Shown: positions 11,119-23,122, counted from the first letter of the stretch. The stretch is 64,000 bases of DNA from an uncultured Methanosarcinaceae archaeon (GCA_963727895.1 CAVSHT010000008.1:160001-224000), one strand, 5' to 3'. A program made the numbers and translations. Notes: generated by a model from the letters alone, not told the origin.

Positions 11119-14100
11119 TCATGTGCTTGATTGCTCTTCTTTTTGATGTAGATCCAACTGTTCCCCATTTGACACCACTTTCTCGTTTTTGAATTCTTGA
11201 ATTGCTTCTTCGATCAACTTTATGATTTCATCGCATTTGGATTCCTCAGGCTCAGACTCCTTTATCATCTTTATTATTCTCTTGAATTTATCCTCCACAT
11301 GAAATATACTGTGGTATTTTTTTTGTATATCGATTAGACACTTCATCTGTCGATGGGGCACTTTAATATCTGCAAGGTTGTATTTCAGAGATTCAATTGC
11401 TAATTTATAAATAGAGTCTGAGACAACTTCTGTTACCCAATATAAATCCTCCCAAGCTTTACCTTCTTTGTCATATTTTGAGTACTTTATATCATCAAAC
11501 GAGTTCCCAATTGTAACGAGAGAGGTTATAAACCCACATTCGGCAGGTTAACGTAATTAGAGATATATATTTTCATATTTCTCTCCCATGAGACTCAGTA
11601 TCTTCCAGTGGATAGCCTCCATATTCAATATTTCTGACTCTCTTACTCCTTTTTTTGGAGAAATCAGTTCTGTAATTCCCTGGAAATTGAAAAATATCCA
11701 TCTCATTGTAGGTCTTTTTGTTGGTTTCCTTTTTTGATCTGGAACCGTTTCATTTTTTTCTTCTAACTTTGTCCTTAATTTCCATTATGCAATTGAATAA
11801 ATCATCAAGCAGAGAACCATTATCATGGTCAGTGCTTCAATTCTTGATTTATTCTTGAGGTAAATCTTCGACACACTGAATGTGTCACTTTTCAAGAATC
11901 TGAATCCTGTTTCTACGTTATCCTGTCCTTTGTAATACTTCAACATCTCTTCAGGAGAAATACTGATATCATTACTTGCAAGAATGAAAAGTCCCATTTT
12001 CTCCATTTCTTTCAAAACAAAAGCATCATTAACCTTTATGGCGTCATTGATTCTATAATATGTCTTTAACTCTTCATCTTTTGAAGGTCTGCCTCTTTTA
12101 CCTGCTTCACGTTTATTAATGGTTTTCAAATCTATTTTTTCAAACGCAATCGAAGGGAAATCTTTAATCCATTTCTCTGCTGTTTTTAATGCGCCCTCTT
12201 CGCAGAAGAAGTCCTCTACCTTCAGTTTTGTAAAAGTCTTGTTTGCTCTTTCAAGCTCTTTTTCAAACTTTATTCTGAGAGTCTCCTCCTTCTTCTCTTT
12301 CATTTTATGAGAGAGCAACAAAACCCACTTTTGTTTAACTCCACCATATTTCACAAAGGTTTGATAAAATGAGTATCTTTCGTCGCTTTTCAGCGTTTTC
12401 AGGTTCAGATTTGCAGTTAGCAGTTCCTTTGCCTCTGTAATTGTTGCAGGAACACGACTGATCCAGAATGACTTTCCTAGATTCTTGATATTATTATCTG
12501 TGTAAAAGGAACTATCAGCGACATAGTACACTTTTCTTTCAGGGCTTAAAGCTGATTTGAGAGACTTAATCGCTTCCAGAATTGTGTTTTTGTCGGAAGC
12601 ATTTCCTGAATGTGTATTCATGAAAAGAGGTATTCCATGCTGATTAACAATCAAGCTCAGTACAAATTGTTTAAGGTCCCATCTTCCGTTTTTGGGAATC
12701 CCAAAAGTAATGTCAATAGAATTAGTTTCTTCATCATAATCCCCATAAACGCTGATACTTGTAGTGTCAGCGTGTAAACAATGGACAGGAATAGGCAGAC
12801 GATCCATAATATGAAGAGTAATTTCCGTAAACAGTTTTGTAGGACCATACTTTACGATTCTGTCAAGAGTCTCTCCAATAGCATATTGATTCAGGTCTTC
12901 TCTAGTGACACCTTCTCCTAAAAGTCTTTTCATAGAAATGTTTTTGAAAAAATCAGGAAACAGGTATAGACATTGTCCTATGAAGCCAAGACCATTGAGT
13001 ACCATAGCAAGAATACAGATTGAGTGAGGGACATTGTGATCCCGTTCTTTAGAAAGTTTCTCATCGATTAGTTTGTCAACTTCAAGTTCTCGGAAAACCC
13101 CAACTACCAAACCAAGGTGACCTAAGAATCGTGTACGTTTTAAGGAGGATTCAACTCTTCCACTACTGTTTATCTCTACCATGGAAAGACCAAGAGAGAG
13201 ATAATAAATTAATGATATTAATCTATATGTTTACCTGCCGAATCTAGGTTATAAATATTTTATTTAATGAAAACTCGTCTCGGAAATGAATAGACAGTGT
13301 TCCAAAGTTTTCAAAACATTGGATTATCATAGTAAAGGGTTTTATCGTTTCATTGGACGGTGAGTTTAGTGCGTACTCTAGAATAGGGTTAGTGAGTTCT
13401 TTCAATAACTTTGATACTTCATAATACGCTTTTTCAGAGTTTGTATAAACCCCAATTTCAAATAATTTTAATGTATTATCCTCAAAAAACACGTCTTCTA
13501 TATCTTTAAGATAGAGGCATTTTATGTCTTTTCTTTCTTCATCGCCGATTATTAATGTCTTTTCTCCGTAAATCATGCCATCCAAGTACACTGTAGAACT
13601 GAAGTCTGCCGAATCCTCAAATTTCACGTTATTTACAAATTCAGAATCGCTAATTTTTAAACCTCTTGCTGAATAATCGCGGTACTCTTTCTCTAAAAAT
13701 TTCCGATATTTATTTAGATCCATATCCCAGCTATCTCTATCTCTGTCCCAATCAAACATATAGCCAAATTGGCGCAGCCCTATTAAGTATATAGAGTTGA
13801 TTATGTTTTTCATTAATGGACAAGTTTGCTCTTTTTTTACAGCTTATAGTCCAAGGCATCTTATGTCTTCACCAATATGTCTTGATTCAGTATTGTCTCG
13901 AAGAATTCTTTCAATAGTTTCCAGTGATTTAAGGCATTGTTGTGTCGCATCTAAAAGGTTATTTCTAATAGACCCCCTGCCAATTGTATACACGTGGGAC
14001 GAAATATATGCTCTGATTATAAGCTCTACGCCATCACTTAATTCTTCAAATGCATACTTTGTATTTTCATAGTCATGGTTTTCTTTAACATACTCATGAT

Positions 14101-14289
14101 ATTCAATAACCTGTTTTTGTGTATCTCTTGTGAGTTCTTCGGAATGAGCATTTATTCTTGATGCCAATTTTTCTAAACATTCCACTACTTGTTTAGTTGA
14201 AGACTCAAACTCCATTCCTTTTTTTGTGGATTTCTCACCAATAATATTTAGGTTTTCCACTATGTGGAATATACTATGTATGAGATTGT
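11119..14289 (-). pseudogene. Large hypothetical gene broken by IS21 end, in-frame TAA (13844-13846) and IS1634; ORFs 13844-14260, 13244-13813 and 11119-11361 are its pieces
   Basis: removing IS1634 and one TSD joins ...NKIFIT to SLVTIGNSFDD...VPHRQM in frame; 13844 and 13813 ORFs are in the same frame, separated by one stop. Confidence 0.82.
11533..13248 (-). mobile_element. IS1634-family element; transposase 13182-~11557 with premature TAA at 11785
   Basis: TIRs CCCACATTCGGCAGGT / CCTAGATTCGGCAGGT; TSD TTATAAA; LHADTTSISVYG, VADSSFY and YKGQDNVETGFRFLK motifs; frame continues past the stop as WKLRTKL...YENIYL. Confidence 0.92.
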
Positions 14290-14565
14290 TGTCAATGCTG
14301 GTTTACTTTTCCCCATTTTGGCCGGATTAATTTTCCCCACCTTGTGATATAAAGTTTACTCAATTTTTCATGAACTTGTTAAAAATTACTGGTATAGATT
14401 TCCTGTTTTTATACCCTGTTTTTTCCTTTCTTTCAGCCTGTAACTTTCCCCTTTGATATTAATCGTCGTAGAATGATGGAGAAGCCTATCAAGTACAGCA
14501 GCCGCTATTACATGGTCCTTGAATATCTCTCCCCATTCTCCATACGACTTATTCGATGTCAAGAC
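14290..14565 (-). mobile_element. istB: IS21-family right-end remnant with istB 3' fragment
   Basis: minus strand reads LTSNKSYGEWGEIFKDHVIAAAVLDRLLHHSTTINIKGESYRLKE; end TGTCAATGC with repeated TTTTCCCCA subterminal motifs. Confidence 0.88.
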
Positions 14566-14588
14566 TTAGTACTAAGAAGAGAATTAAG

Positions 14589-14882
14589 CTAACTTACCGC
14601 AAAAAAAAGATCATACCAAAAAACACTTTCTTTCTTATAAATTTCTAAGTTGTCAAATAAAATATGCTCTTCAGAATAGTCATAAAAATAGTCGTAAAGG
14701 CTCTCTATTAAATTAATTTTAGTATTATGGTTCGTTGCTGGATTTGAGAGTTCAGAATATATTTTGTGGAATGGTTTCCTGGAAATTGTAGTTTTTCGAA
14801 AAATGTATATCGAAATTGATGTTGAAACCACGGAGATTATGAAAAAAAGTAAATCTATGTATTTAATCATTAGTCCATCCAC
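14589..14882 (-). CDS. Hypothetical membrane-anchored protein fragment
   Basis: N-terminal hydrophobic helix; ends next to the IS21 remnant. Confidence 0.35.
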   Translation of the reverse strand: MDGLMIKYIDLLFFIISVVSTSISIYIFRKTTISRKPFHKIYSELSNPATNHNTKINLIESLYDYFYDYSEEHILFDNLEIYKKESVFWYDLFFAVS

Positions 14883-15055
14883 TGATTAATGTAACTTTTA
14901 ATCGCTGCTAGAACTACAATACCAAATGAGATATTTTTGATTAATATCTTAGATTTATTTTCTTTTTCTTATTATAAAAGTTACGGTTAATATTATTGTA
15001 TTTTTCATCGTGCAATTTATTTTGAAGGACAATTATCGTGCTCTTACAGGTGAAA

Positions 15056-15400
15056 TTACATTTCTTGATGTGGATCAGCTCGCTTCTCTACCCATTGTAT
15101 TAAAGGAATGATTGCTTTACAAAGCTGCCTTCCATCATCTGTCAGAAAGTATTCAACCCGTGGAGGAATTTCTGGAAATGCTTCTCTTCGGACCAGGTCT
15201 TCTTTTTGAAGTTCTTTTAACAAATCCGAAAGTGACTTTGGACTTACACCATCAAGAGTGCCCATGAGATCATTGAATCTCAATCTATCGTAATGTCCAG
15301 GGGCACTGATAACCTGGATAGCCCATTTTTTGGATATTATGGTAACAATCCCTTCAACAGGGCACAAACAAATTCCATTACTATTTTTTTTCATAGTCAC
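15056..15400 (-). CDS. HxlR-family transcriptional regulator
   Basis: CPVEG..IISKKW, RFNDL, GVSPKSLSDLLKEL, PPRVEYFLT. Confidence 0.9.
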   Translation of the reverse strand: MTMKKNSNGICLCPVEGIVTIISKKWAIQVISAPGHYDRLRFNDLMGTLDGVSPKSLSDLLKELQKEDLVRREAFPEIPPRVEYFLTDDGRQLCKAIIPLIQWVEKRADPHQEM

Positions 15401-15517
15401 TTTATCACTATTAACTTTATAGTTTTAATACTATAGAAAAGTATTATGATTATTAATATTTTATGTTATTAATTAAATTATTATTAATACTAAATAATAT
15501 TAAACAGAGGTAAAAAG

Positions 15518-16282
15518 ATGAAAGTTCTTGTATGTGGAAAAGGTGGAAGCGGCAAGAGTACCATTACTGCTCTGCTTGCAAAATCCATGGCTAAGAAAGG
15601 TTATAATGTGCTTGTAGTGGATAGCGATGAGTCAAATTTTGGGCTTCATAAACAGCTAGGGCTTGAGATGCCTGAAGATTTTATGAATTATCTTGGAGGG
15701 AAAAAAACTCTGGGAGAAAAACTAATGCAGGCATATCAGAAAGGCGATAATGTTAGCATTTTTGAAAACAAATGGCAAATTTCCGACATCCCTTAGGCTT
15801 ATACTGCAGAAAAAGGAAATATCAAAATGATAACAATAGACAAAATACATGATTTTGGAGAAGGTTGTGCCTGCCCAATGGGCGCTCTTGCAAAGAATCT
15901 ATTGAAAAACACAGAAACTACTCCTGAAGATGTGGTATCTGTGGATACTGAAGCGAGTATAGAGCATTTTGGAAGAGGGGTTGAAGAAGGCTGCGATCTC
16001 GTATTAATGATAATTGATCCATCTTATGAGTCCATGCGCCTTTCTGAAAAAATAAAAGAATTTGCTGAAAAAGCCGGGAAGCCCCTGTATTTTATTCTTA
16101 ACCGTACAGACAAACTAGATGCTCAGTTAATGACGGAAACCCTGGATAAAAATCATATTTTAACTTCAGTCCCATCAAACTCAGAGGTATTTCTAGCAGG
16201 ATTTGAAGGAGAAGAACTAAAAGTGGAACTTCCGGAAATCGAATCCGTTGCTGACTTCCTAATCTCAGGAATTCATTTTTAA
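15518..16282 (+). pseudogene. cooC: CooC/AcsF-like Ni-insertion ATPase with in-frame TAG at 15794-15796
   Basis: GKGGSGKST Walker A, GEGCACPMG, DTEASIEHFGRG; ORFs 15518-15796 and 15827-16282 are in the same frame. Confidence 0.82.
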
Positions 16283-16320
16283 AATAGAGAAAGGAGAATT
16301 GAAAATAATGTAGTGGTAAT

Positions 16321-16965
16321 CTGATATTAGAAAATTTTAAAAGAGAATCGATAGTTCCTTCGCCAGTGGTATTTATATCAATAATCAGTGAAAATGGAAT
16401 TAGAAATATAGCACCATATTCTTGTTTTATGCCTGTTTTACGCCCATTTGATTTAGTTTGTGTAGTTTGAGCAAAAAGGAGAGATACATTAGATAATTTA
16501 AAAAGTACAGGGGAATTTGTTATTAACATGCCTGGTACTGATATGGTAGACAAAGTGATACCAACGGCTTCACACGTCCCTCCTGATGTTGATGAATTTG
16601 AATTAGCTGGTCTAAAAGAGAAACCTTCAAAAAAGATCAAGGCACCAGGAATTGAAGGATGTTACGCATGGATGGAATATACACTTATCCATATAATTGA
16701 AGAGGTATACAATGGCATACCTTATGCATTGATTCTTGGTAAAGTAGTGTATCTTGAGATAAAAGACAGCATATACAACAAAGAAAATGGTTCCTGGAAT
16801 GTAGAAGAAGCTAAACCATTAATGATGATAGGGTCAGACAAAGGTATGCATTTCTGTACTGTCAATGACATAGGTAAATTTGAGCTTTTTGGAGCTATGT
16901 TTAAAAGCGGTAAAGATCCATTAGGAAAAATGTATAAAAAAGAAGAGAGTCCAGAATGCAAGTAA
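16321..16965 (+). pseudogene. Flavin-reductase-like (FMN-binding split barrel) protein with in-frame TGA at 16468-16470
   Basis: upstream frame reads [25 protein letters not shown]...[20 protein letters not shown] and joins ORF 16528. Confidence 0.8.
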
Positions 16966-17387
16966 AGTATAGCTGTATTGATCTGAATCATTAACTTTAG
17001 GATTATTATATATATAATAATTATATATCAATTTAAGCTAAATGATTATGTCTTTTTGTTAGTTCTCATCTCTCAGTAGCTCTCAGTAATTGATTTATAT
17101 AGAAAAGTTATAAAGCCAAAAATTTTTTACTTTTTAAACAATTAGAACTTCTGTGCTCAGAACTCAAAATCAAGTTTAGATTATGCTATAATCTGGGCTT
17201 ATATGTTTTAACTGCTGAGAGTCAAATAATATATATTCTCAATCAGTACTGCACAGTTTAACTGAATAAATAGCGTTTTTAGGTACATTGATCTATTATA
17301 AATATAAATTTAAAACTTGGAAACTCCAAGTTCAATTGCTTAATTTTAGATAAAAATGCTTTAAATATATAGTTGGAGATTGAAAAC

Positions 17388-17594
17388 GTGACTCAAGAAA
17401 CCATAAAAGTTGAAGGCATGTCCTGTATTCACTGTCAGATGAGAGTTAAAAAAGCAGTTGAAGCTGTAGAAGGCGTACAGAAAGCTGACGTAAACCTTCA
17501 GACCAAACAGGTAACTGTTGATTATGAAGAAGGAAAAGCAAACATTGAAAAGGTCAAAGATGCGGTCAGAGAAGCAGGGTATGAACCCATTTAA
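17388..17594 (+). CDS. copZ: Copper chaperone (HMA domain)
   Basis: VEGMSCIHC motif; upstream of copA; probable GTG start at 17388. Confidence 0.88.
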   Translation: MTQETIKVEGMSCIHCQMRVKKAVEAVEGVQKADVNLQTKQVTVDYEEGKANIEKVKDAVREAGYEPI

Positions 17595-17845
17595 TATTGT
17601 TTTCTTCACAAGCCATGCAAATGCTTCAAAGATAAGTAGTAAGGATCATTACTGTATTTACAAACATTCCAGAACAAACACCAACATTCCTAAAAAACCT
17701 TAAATCCAGTCTATGACAGCTGGGTAACTGGCTTGTATGTCATACATATGGCCTTACTTAAAATGGACATAAAACTGTAGAAAAGCCAGAAACTTTACAA
17801 AACATTGGGCAATCCTGAAAAAAACCTGGATAGGCGGCAGATCCG

Positions 17846-20539
17846 ATGGAAATCACTATTGGAGTTTATGGTATGACCTGTGGCCACTGCCAAAAAAGAG
17901 TAGCGGATGCTATTTCTTCTCTTGAAGGAGTAGAAGCCGTTAATGTAGATATTGAATCCGAAAGCGCGACGATCAGCTTTGACCCTGAAAAAGTAAGCTT
18001 GGATGGCATAAAGACAGCTATACAGAAGGCTGGATACTCAACAGAGAGAGAGCAAGAAGATCAGGAAGAAACTCGAGAAGAAATTGTCAGTACAGCTGAG
18101 ATGGCAGGGATAACTGCAGAGGCTGCGGAGAAAGCTATAACTGAATCAAAGGAACCTGGAGAAGTTCCACAAACCTGTCCCCTTACTGGAATATGTGAAA
18201 TTTCAGAGAAAGAAGAACCACGAATGACAGATATTGAGAAAGCTATAGAATCAATTGGGTACAAGGTAGAAAAGGACAAAGTTACACTCAACCTTGAAGG
18301 TATGAGTTGTGCCTCCTGCGCTGCAAACATAGAAAGAATTTTGAATAAAACCGACGGCGTGATTTCAGCGTCTGTAAATTTCCCGCTTGAAAAAGCAGTT
18401 GTAGAATTTGATTCCTCCCGTGTCTCTGTCAGAGAAATTATTGCTGCAGTTCAGGGAATCGGCTATGGAGCATCTGTTAAAACTGAAGCTGTTGAGTCTG
18501 AAGACAAAGAGCAGATATCCAGAGACACTGAAATCAGGAGACAGAGAAATAACCTGATAATTGCTCTTATTCTGGGAATTCCAATTGGGCTAGGAAACAT
18601 GAGCATGATGTTTCCTTTCTTATCCTTTGTACCTGATATCCTTTCCAATCATATCGTTCTTTTTATACTGTCCACTCTTGTTCTCCTTTTCCCTGGCAGG
18701 CAATTTTTTGTAGGGACTTTAAAAGGATTCAAGTATGGAGTGACTGATATGAACCTGCTGATTGCTGCAGGTACAGGGTCAGCATACCTTATCAGTGTAG
18801 CAGCTACATTTCTCGATCTTGGTCCAGGGTATAATAGTCTTTATTATGACACTGTAGCGTTCCTGATTATCTTCATTGTCCTTGGCAGATATCTTGAGGC
18901 AAGAGCAAGAGGTCAGACTTCTGAAGCAATTAGAAAATTAATGGGTCTCAGGACAAAAACCTCCAGAATCCTTGTAAATGGTATTGAAAAAGAGATTCCC
19001 GTCGAAGAAGTATCAGTTGGAGACATTGTTGTTGTCAGACCCGGAGAAAAAATCCCTGTTGATGGAATTATAGTTGAGGGAGGTTCTGCAGTAGATGAGT
19101 CCATGCTCACTGGAGAAAGTATCCCTGTAGAGAAAGTTTCCGGTGATACCGTTATAGGTGCTACTCTTAACAAGATCGGATCTTTCAATTTTCGTGCTAC
19201 AAAAGTCGGGGCTGATACTGCTCTTGCCCAGATAATAAGGCTTGTTGAAACTGCACAGACTACAAAAGCTCCCATCCAGAGAGTTGCAGATGTTGTTGCC
19301 GGAAATTTCATAGTAGCTGTGCATATTATAGCTCTTCTGGCCTTTTTCTTCTGGTTTTTCATAGGATACTGTCGCTATGGAGTAGGGGAATCCGTAGCTT
19401 TAGGAGGAATCAGTCCATTTCTTTTTTCCCTGCTTATAGCCATTACTGTCCTTGTAATTTCGTGTCCATGTGCAGTAGGACTTGCAACTCCTGCCGCTAT
19501 TATGGTAGGTACTGGAAGAGGTGCGGAAAACGGAGTCCTTATTAAAGGAGGAGAAGCTCTTGAAAGAGCACATAAACTTGATACTATCGTTTTTGACAAA
19601 ACAGGCACTCTTACGGCAGGAACCCCTAAGCTCACAGATTTAGTTGCTGTTTCCGGTCACGAGGAGAAAGATGTACTTTTTATTGCAGCAACGGTTGAAA
19701 GAGGATCAGAACATCCTCTTGGAGAGGCTATAGTAAAAGGAGCAGAAGAACAGGGGATCAATCTAGGAAAAGCAGAAAATTTCCATTCAATTCCCGGAAA
19801 AGGAGTAGAAGCCTACTTTGAAGAAAAGAGAATTTTGCTTGGCACACGTAAACTTATGGAAGAAAAAGGAATTTCCTTTAAAGGATTAGAAGATCAAATG
19901 CAAGCCTTTGAAGAGAGCGGAAAAACTGCGATGCTCGTAGCTTTGGAAGAAGAAATTATTGGCCTTGTCGCAGTTGCCGATACCCTTAAAGAGAATTCCA
20001 GAGAGGCTATTGAAACTCTTAAAAATATGGGAATAGAAGTAGCTATGATAACCGGCGACAATGTTGTTACAGCTAATGCAATAGCAAAAGAGGTCGGGAT
20101 TCCCAGAGTGCTTGCAGAAGTACTTCCTGAAGACAAAGCAAGTGAAATTAAGAAGCTCCAGGAAGAAGGCAAGATTGTTGGAATGGTAGGTGACGGCATT
20201 AATGATGCTCCTGCATTGATCCAGTCTGATGTTGGAATTGCGATGGGGGCAGGTACTGATGTAGCAATGGAATCTGCAAAAATTGTGCTTATCAAAAATG
20301 ATCCAAGAGATGTTGTTGCAGCTATTAAATTGAGTAGACTAACCATAAACAAGATAAAACAGAATCTGATATGGGCTTTTGGGTATAATTCTATCGGTAT
20401 TCCTATCGCAGCCGGGATTCTTTACCCCTTCTTCCATAAAATCCTTATCACACCCGAAATTGCTGCCGCCTTTATGGCACTCAGCTCTGTTTCAGTGACT
20501 ACGAACTCCTTGTTGATGAAAAGAAGCAAGCTTAAATGA
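17846..20539 (+). CDS. copA: Cu(I)-translocating P1B-type ATPase
   Basis: GMTCGHC and GMSCASC HMA motifs, [24 protein letters not shown]. Confidence 0.96.
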   Translation: MEITIGVYGMTCGHCQKRVADAISSLEGVEAVNVDIESESATISFDPEKVSLDGIKTAIQKAGYSTEREQEDQEETREEIVSTAEMAGITAEAAEKAITESKEPGEVPQTCPLTGICEISEKEEPRMTDIEKAIESIGYKVEKDKVTLNLEGMSCASCAANIERILNKTDGVISASVNFPLEKAVVEFDSSRVSVREIIAAVQGIGYGASVKTEAVESEDKEQISRDTEIRRQRNNLIIALILGIPIGLGNMSMMFPFLSFVPDILSNHIVLFILSTLVLLFPGRQFFVGTLKGFKYGVTDMNLLIAAGTGSAYLISVAATFLDLGPGYNSLYYDTVAFLIIFIVLGRYLEARARGQTSEAIRKLMGLRTKTSRILVNGIEKEIPVEEVSVGDIVVVRPGEKIPVDGIIVEGGSAVDESMLTGESIPVEKVSGDTVIGATLNKIGSFNFRATKVGADTALAQIIRLVETAQTTKAPIQRVADVVAGNFIVAVHIIALLAFFFWFFIGYCRYGVGESVALGGISPFLFSLLIAITVLVISCPCAVGLATPAAIMVGTGRGAENGVLIKGGEALERAHKLDTIVFDKTGTLTAGTPKLTDLVAVSGHEEKDVLFIAATVERGSEHPLGEAIVKGAEEQGINLGKAENFHSIPGKGVEAYFEEKRILLGTRKLMEEKGISFKGLEDQMQAFEESGKTAMLVALEEEIIGLVAVADTLKENSREAIETLKNMGIEVAMITGDNVVTANAIAKEVGIPRVLAEVLPEDKASEIKKLQEEGKIVGMVGDGINDAPALIQSDVGIAMGAGTDVAMESAKIVLIKNDPRDVVAAIKLSRLTINKIKQNLIWAFGYNSIGIPIAAGILYPFFHKILITPEIAAAFMALSSVSVTTNSLLMKRSKLK

Positions 20540-20591
20540 ATGAATCAGATAACTTAGAACTTAACAATAAAAAGTTAAACAGGAGATTTAT

Positions 20592-20855
20592 ATGGTAAAA
20601 TTCGGTTATACAGATAACAGGCCAAGAACAGTGTTTCTGTTGAGTCTGGTTACTTCAACAGTGCTTGTTATCTTTTTCCTTTCTGGATCTATTTTAACCA
20701 ATATATCCAGAGGAGAAATCGCTTATACGCATGTAGATATGATTGCGGGTTCTATATTTGTTTTTGTAATTTCTATGATAATTTCGCTGTCCATCTGGCC
20801 CAGAATTGCAGACTGGCTTGAGAGCAAGGAAAAAAACAACAAAACGCTACAATAG
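20592..20855 (+). CDS. Small two-TM hypothetical protein
   Basis: AGGAG SD, two hydrophobic helices. Confidence 0.7.
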   Translation: MVKFGYTDNRPRTVFLLSLVTSTVLVIFFLSGSILTNISRGEIAYTHVDMIAGSIFVFVISMIISLSIWPRIADWLESKEKNNKTLQ

Positions 20856-20914
20856 ACGGTATCAAATGATAAACGAGACTTGATCCCGAAAAAGATAAAC
20901 TTCTAGTAAAAAAG

Positions 20915-20954
20915 AGGTTCAGGTCATAGTTCCTTAGAAAACTGTCTGAACCTA
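20915..20954. terminator. Inverted repeat between convergent genes
   Basis: AGGTTCAG...CTGAACCT flanked by A-runs. Confidence 0.35.
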
Positions 20955-21001
20955 AAAAAGATAGAAATTCACTTCATTGGGAATTGATGGTGCCAGAAGA
21001 A

Positions 21002-21550
21002 TTATTTAAACGCAGTAAATTTGTTTATTGGAGCACCACAAATAGGACATCTATCAGGTGCTTCTCCTTCAAAAGTATATCCGCATACTTCACAAACCTG
21101 TACAGGACCAAGATCAATATCTTTTCCAGCGTTTACCGATTCAAATGCTCTTTCAAAAAGTTGTTTATGCATTTTTTCAGTGGCATATGACCATTCAAAA
21201 CTTCTTTGTGCTCTTTTTTCTCCCTGGAATTTTGCAACTTCTATATATACAGGATACATTTCTTCAATCTCAAATATCTCGCCATCAATAGCTAACTTAA
21301 GATTCTTCAAGGAATCACCTAGGCCAAAAGCTGCCATACTATTTGCGACAAATCCCCCATCTAGATGTTTTAGCTCCCGGTAATGGTCTCCTGCATGTAT
21401 ATATTCCGCATGAGCAATTGCACGGAATAGACGAGCTACATTACTATATTTTTCTTTTTTGGCCTGGTTTGCGAAATGTAAATATCTCATATGTGCTTGA
21501 CTTTCTCCACCGAAAGCATTGATAAGATATTGTTCTGTCATTTTTTTCAT
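21002..21550 (-). CDS. rbr: Rubrerythrin
   Basis: AFGGESQA, E..HA di-iron motifs, CEVCGY...CPICG rubredoxin-like tail. Confidence 0.93.
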   Translation of the reverse strand: MKKMTEQYLINAFGGESQAHMRYLHFANQAKKEKYSNVARLFRAIAHAEYIHAGDHYRELKHLDGGFVANSMAAFGLGDSLKNLKLAIDGEIFEIEEMYPVYIEVAKFQGEKRAQRSFEWSYATEKMHKQLFERAFESVNAGKDIDLGPVQVCEVCGYTFEGEAPDRCPICGAPINKFTAFK

Positions 21551-21707
21551 TTAAGAACCTTTTTTTATGAAACTGAATTTTGAGATCTTAGGGCTTACGC
21601 AGTTGAAAAACAAGATCAAATATGAGAATTTCGGTCAAAATATTTTATTAAACTTTGAGGTTTAATTAAATTGACTTCTCTGCTCAACTGTGTGAGACCA
21701 GATTACT

Positions 21708-22019
21708 TTATTCTATTTTTACTTCCACCGCATTTTCAAATGGCTGCTGATAAGGAACTTTAACTTTAAGTATACCATTTGAGTACTTGGCTACTGCTTT
21801 TTCCGGAACTATCGGGCAACAGACTGCGTAACTGTCTGTATACTCAATCCCTTCCTTGACAGCTTTTACATAAAATCCATCTTCAGTTATCTTAAAAGAA
21901 ATGTCTTTCTTTTCCACTCCAGGAAGAACTACCTCAATTTCAAGATTTTCATATTTGTCGTCCGGATATGCACATATAGAAGGTGAAACTTTTAAAGTGT
22001 TTGCCATAAATAACCCCAA
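21708..22019 (-). CDS. Small heat-shock protein (Hsp20)
   Basis: LPGVEKKDI, AKYSNGILKVKVP alpha-crystallin motifs. Confidence 0.88.
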   Translation of the reverse strand: MGLFMANTLKVSPSICAYPDDKYENLEIEVVLPGVEKKDISFKITEDGFYVKAVKEGIEYTDSYAVCCPIVPEKAVAKYSNGILKVKVPYQQPFENAVEVKIE

Positions 22020-22077
22020 ATTATATTACCAATTAGTATATTTATATATTTTCGTTCACATCTTACCAAAATTATAT

Positions 22078-22223
22078 TATAGATTTAGTTGAATAATATA
22101 GGAAAGCTTTTAATTCACTGGAGAAATACCATTAATTATTTTTGTTTACGTATAGATTTAGTTAAATAATATAGGAAAGCTTTTAATTCACTGGAGAAAT
22201 ACCATTAATTATTTTTGTTTACG
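22078..22223. repeat. Tandem duplication of 73 bp (1 mismatch)
   Basis: TATAGATTTAGTT(G/A)AATAATATAGGAAAGC...TTTGTTTACG at 22078 and 22151. Confidence 0.95.
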
Positions 22224-22290
22224 ATTATTTCATATAGCTATTTCTAGATTGTTAACTCATACTATTAATCCAAGAAGTGAGTGTTTTTAC

Positions 22291-22617
22291 ATGAAGGAAT
22301 CTGTTAGAAAACTTGGGCTTTTAGGAGCCGGTCTTTGGGCAATAACTGAAGATAAAATGAACGACTTTGTAAAGGAACTTGTAGAAAAAGGAGACATCAG
22401 TAAGGAAGACGGCAAAAAAGCTGTCCAGGATATGCTTGAAGAAAGAAAAAAACAGAAGCTTGATCTCGAAAAGAAAATTTCTGAAAAGATTCAGGAATCA
22501 ATCTCCAAAACCGATATATTTAACCGAAAAGACATGCATGAGCTTGAATCTCGAATACACATGTTAGAAGAAGAAATTCAGAGAATTAAAAACAAAGAAA
22601 AGATGTATTTCAAGTGA
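22291..22617 (+). CDS. Phasin/PhaF-like granule-associated family protein
   Basis: LLGAGLWAITEDK...ELVEKGDISKEDGKK...DMHELESRI; probable ATG at 22291. Confidence 0.75.
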   Translation: MKESVRKLGLLGAGLWAITEDKMNDFVKELVEKGDISKEDGKKAVQDMLEERKKQKLDLEKKISEKIQESISKTDIFNRKDMHELESRIHMLEEEIQRIKNKEKMYFK

Positions 22618-22656
22618 AAACAATCTTATATCTGTTTTTCATTTCTTATTCCTCAT

Positions 22657-22923
22657 TTAAAATCCTTCAATTACTATTTCTTCATCAGGGCTTGAATTAT
22701 CAAGCAGTTTTTCGAGATCTGCTGTATCAGGATCAAGCTTTTGGATTTCATCCTGCGTAAGTCCCATTTCCACGGCTTCAGCTGGTGTGCCATTCCCGAC
22801 CTCAACAGCATTTTGATTTACTCCTGACTTTTCTACTTCAGATGTATTATTTCCAACACAACCGGATCCTGCAAGCCAGACAATTAAAGCCGACAGCACG
22901 AGCAGGTGAGCGAATTTAACCAT
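22657..22923 (-). CDS. Small acidic lipoprotein
   Basis: signal peptide with LAGSGC lipobox; GGAGG SD. Confidence 0.75.
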   Translation of the reverse strand: MVKFAHLLVLSALIVWLAGSGCVGNNTSEVEKSGVNQNAVEVGNGTPAEAVEMGLTQDEIQKLDPDTADLEKLLDNSSPDEEIVIEGF

Positions 22924-23122
22924 TTTCTGCCTCCTCTATGATGTAATTTTTTATATAGTAAATTTCCCACTCTCATCTCCTGAACCACAATTTTCCCATT
23001 TTAAGAAATTAGTTGTTATATTTCGGGAACTACACTTTAAATCTCTTCACCATTAATTATACATACCATGTTTGTGCTTATTATATTTTTTGGATTGTTA
23101 ACGCCGCTTTTTATGTAATATC

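Noticed and set aside
16468..16470. In-frame TGA as selenocysteine
   Set aside because: Position looks like Ser (TCA>TGA), start codon is also degenerate, and Methanosarcina are not known to use Sec
18061..20352. Multiple antisense ORFs within copA (and similar shadows in lig, argH, sulfatase and TPR genes)
   Set aside because: Opposite-strand shadows of well-supported genes
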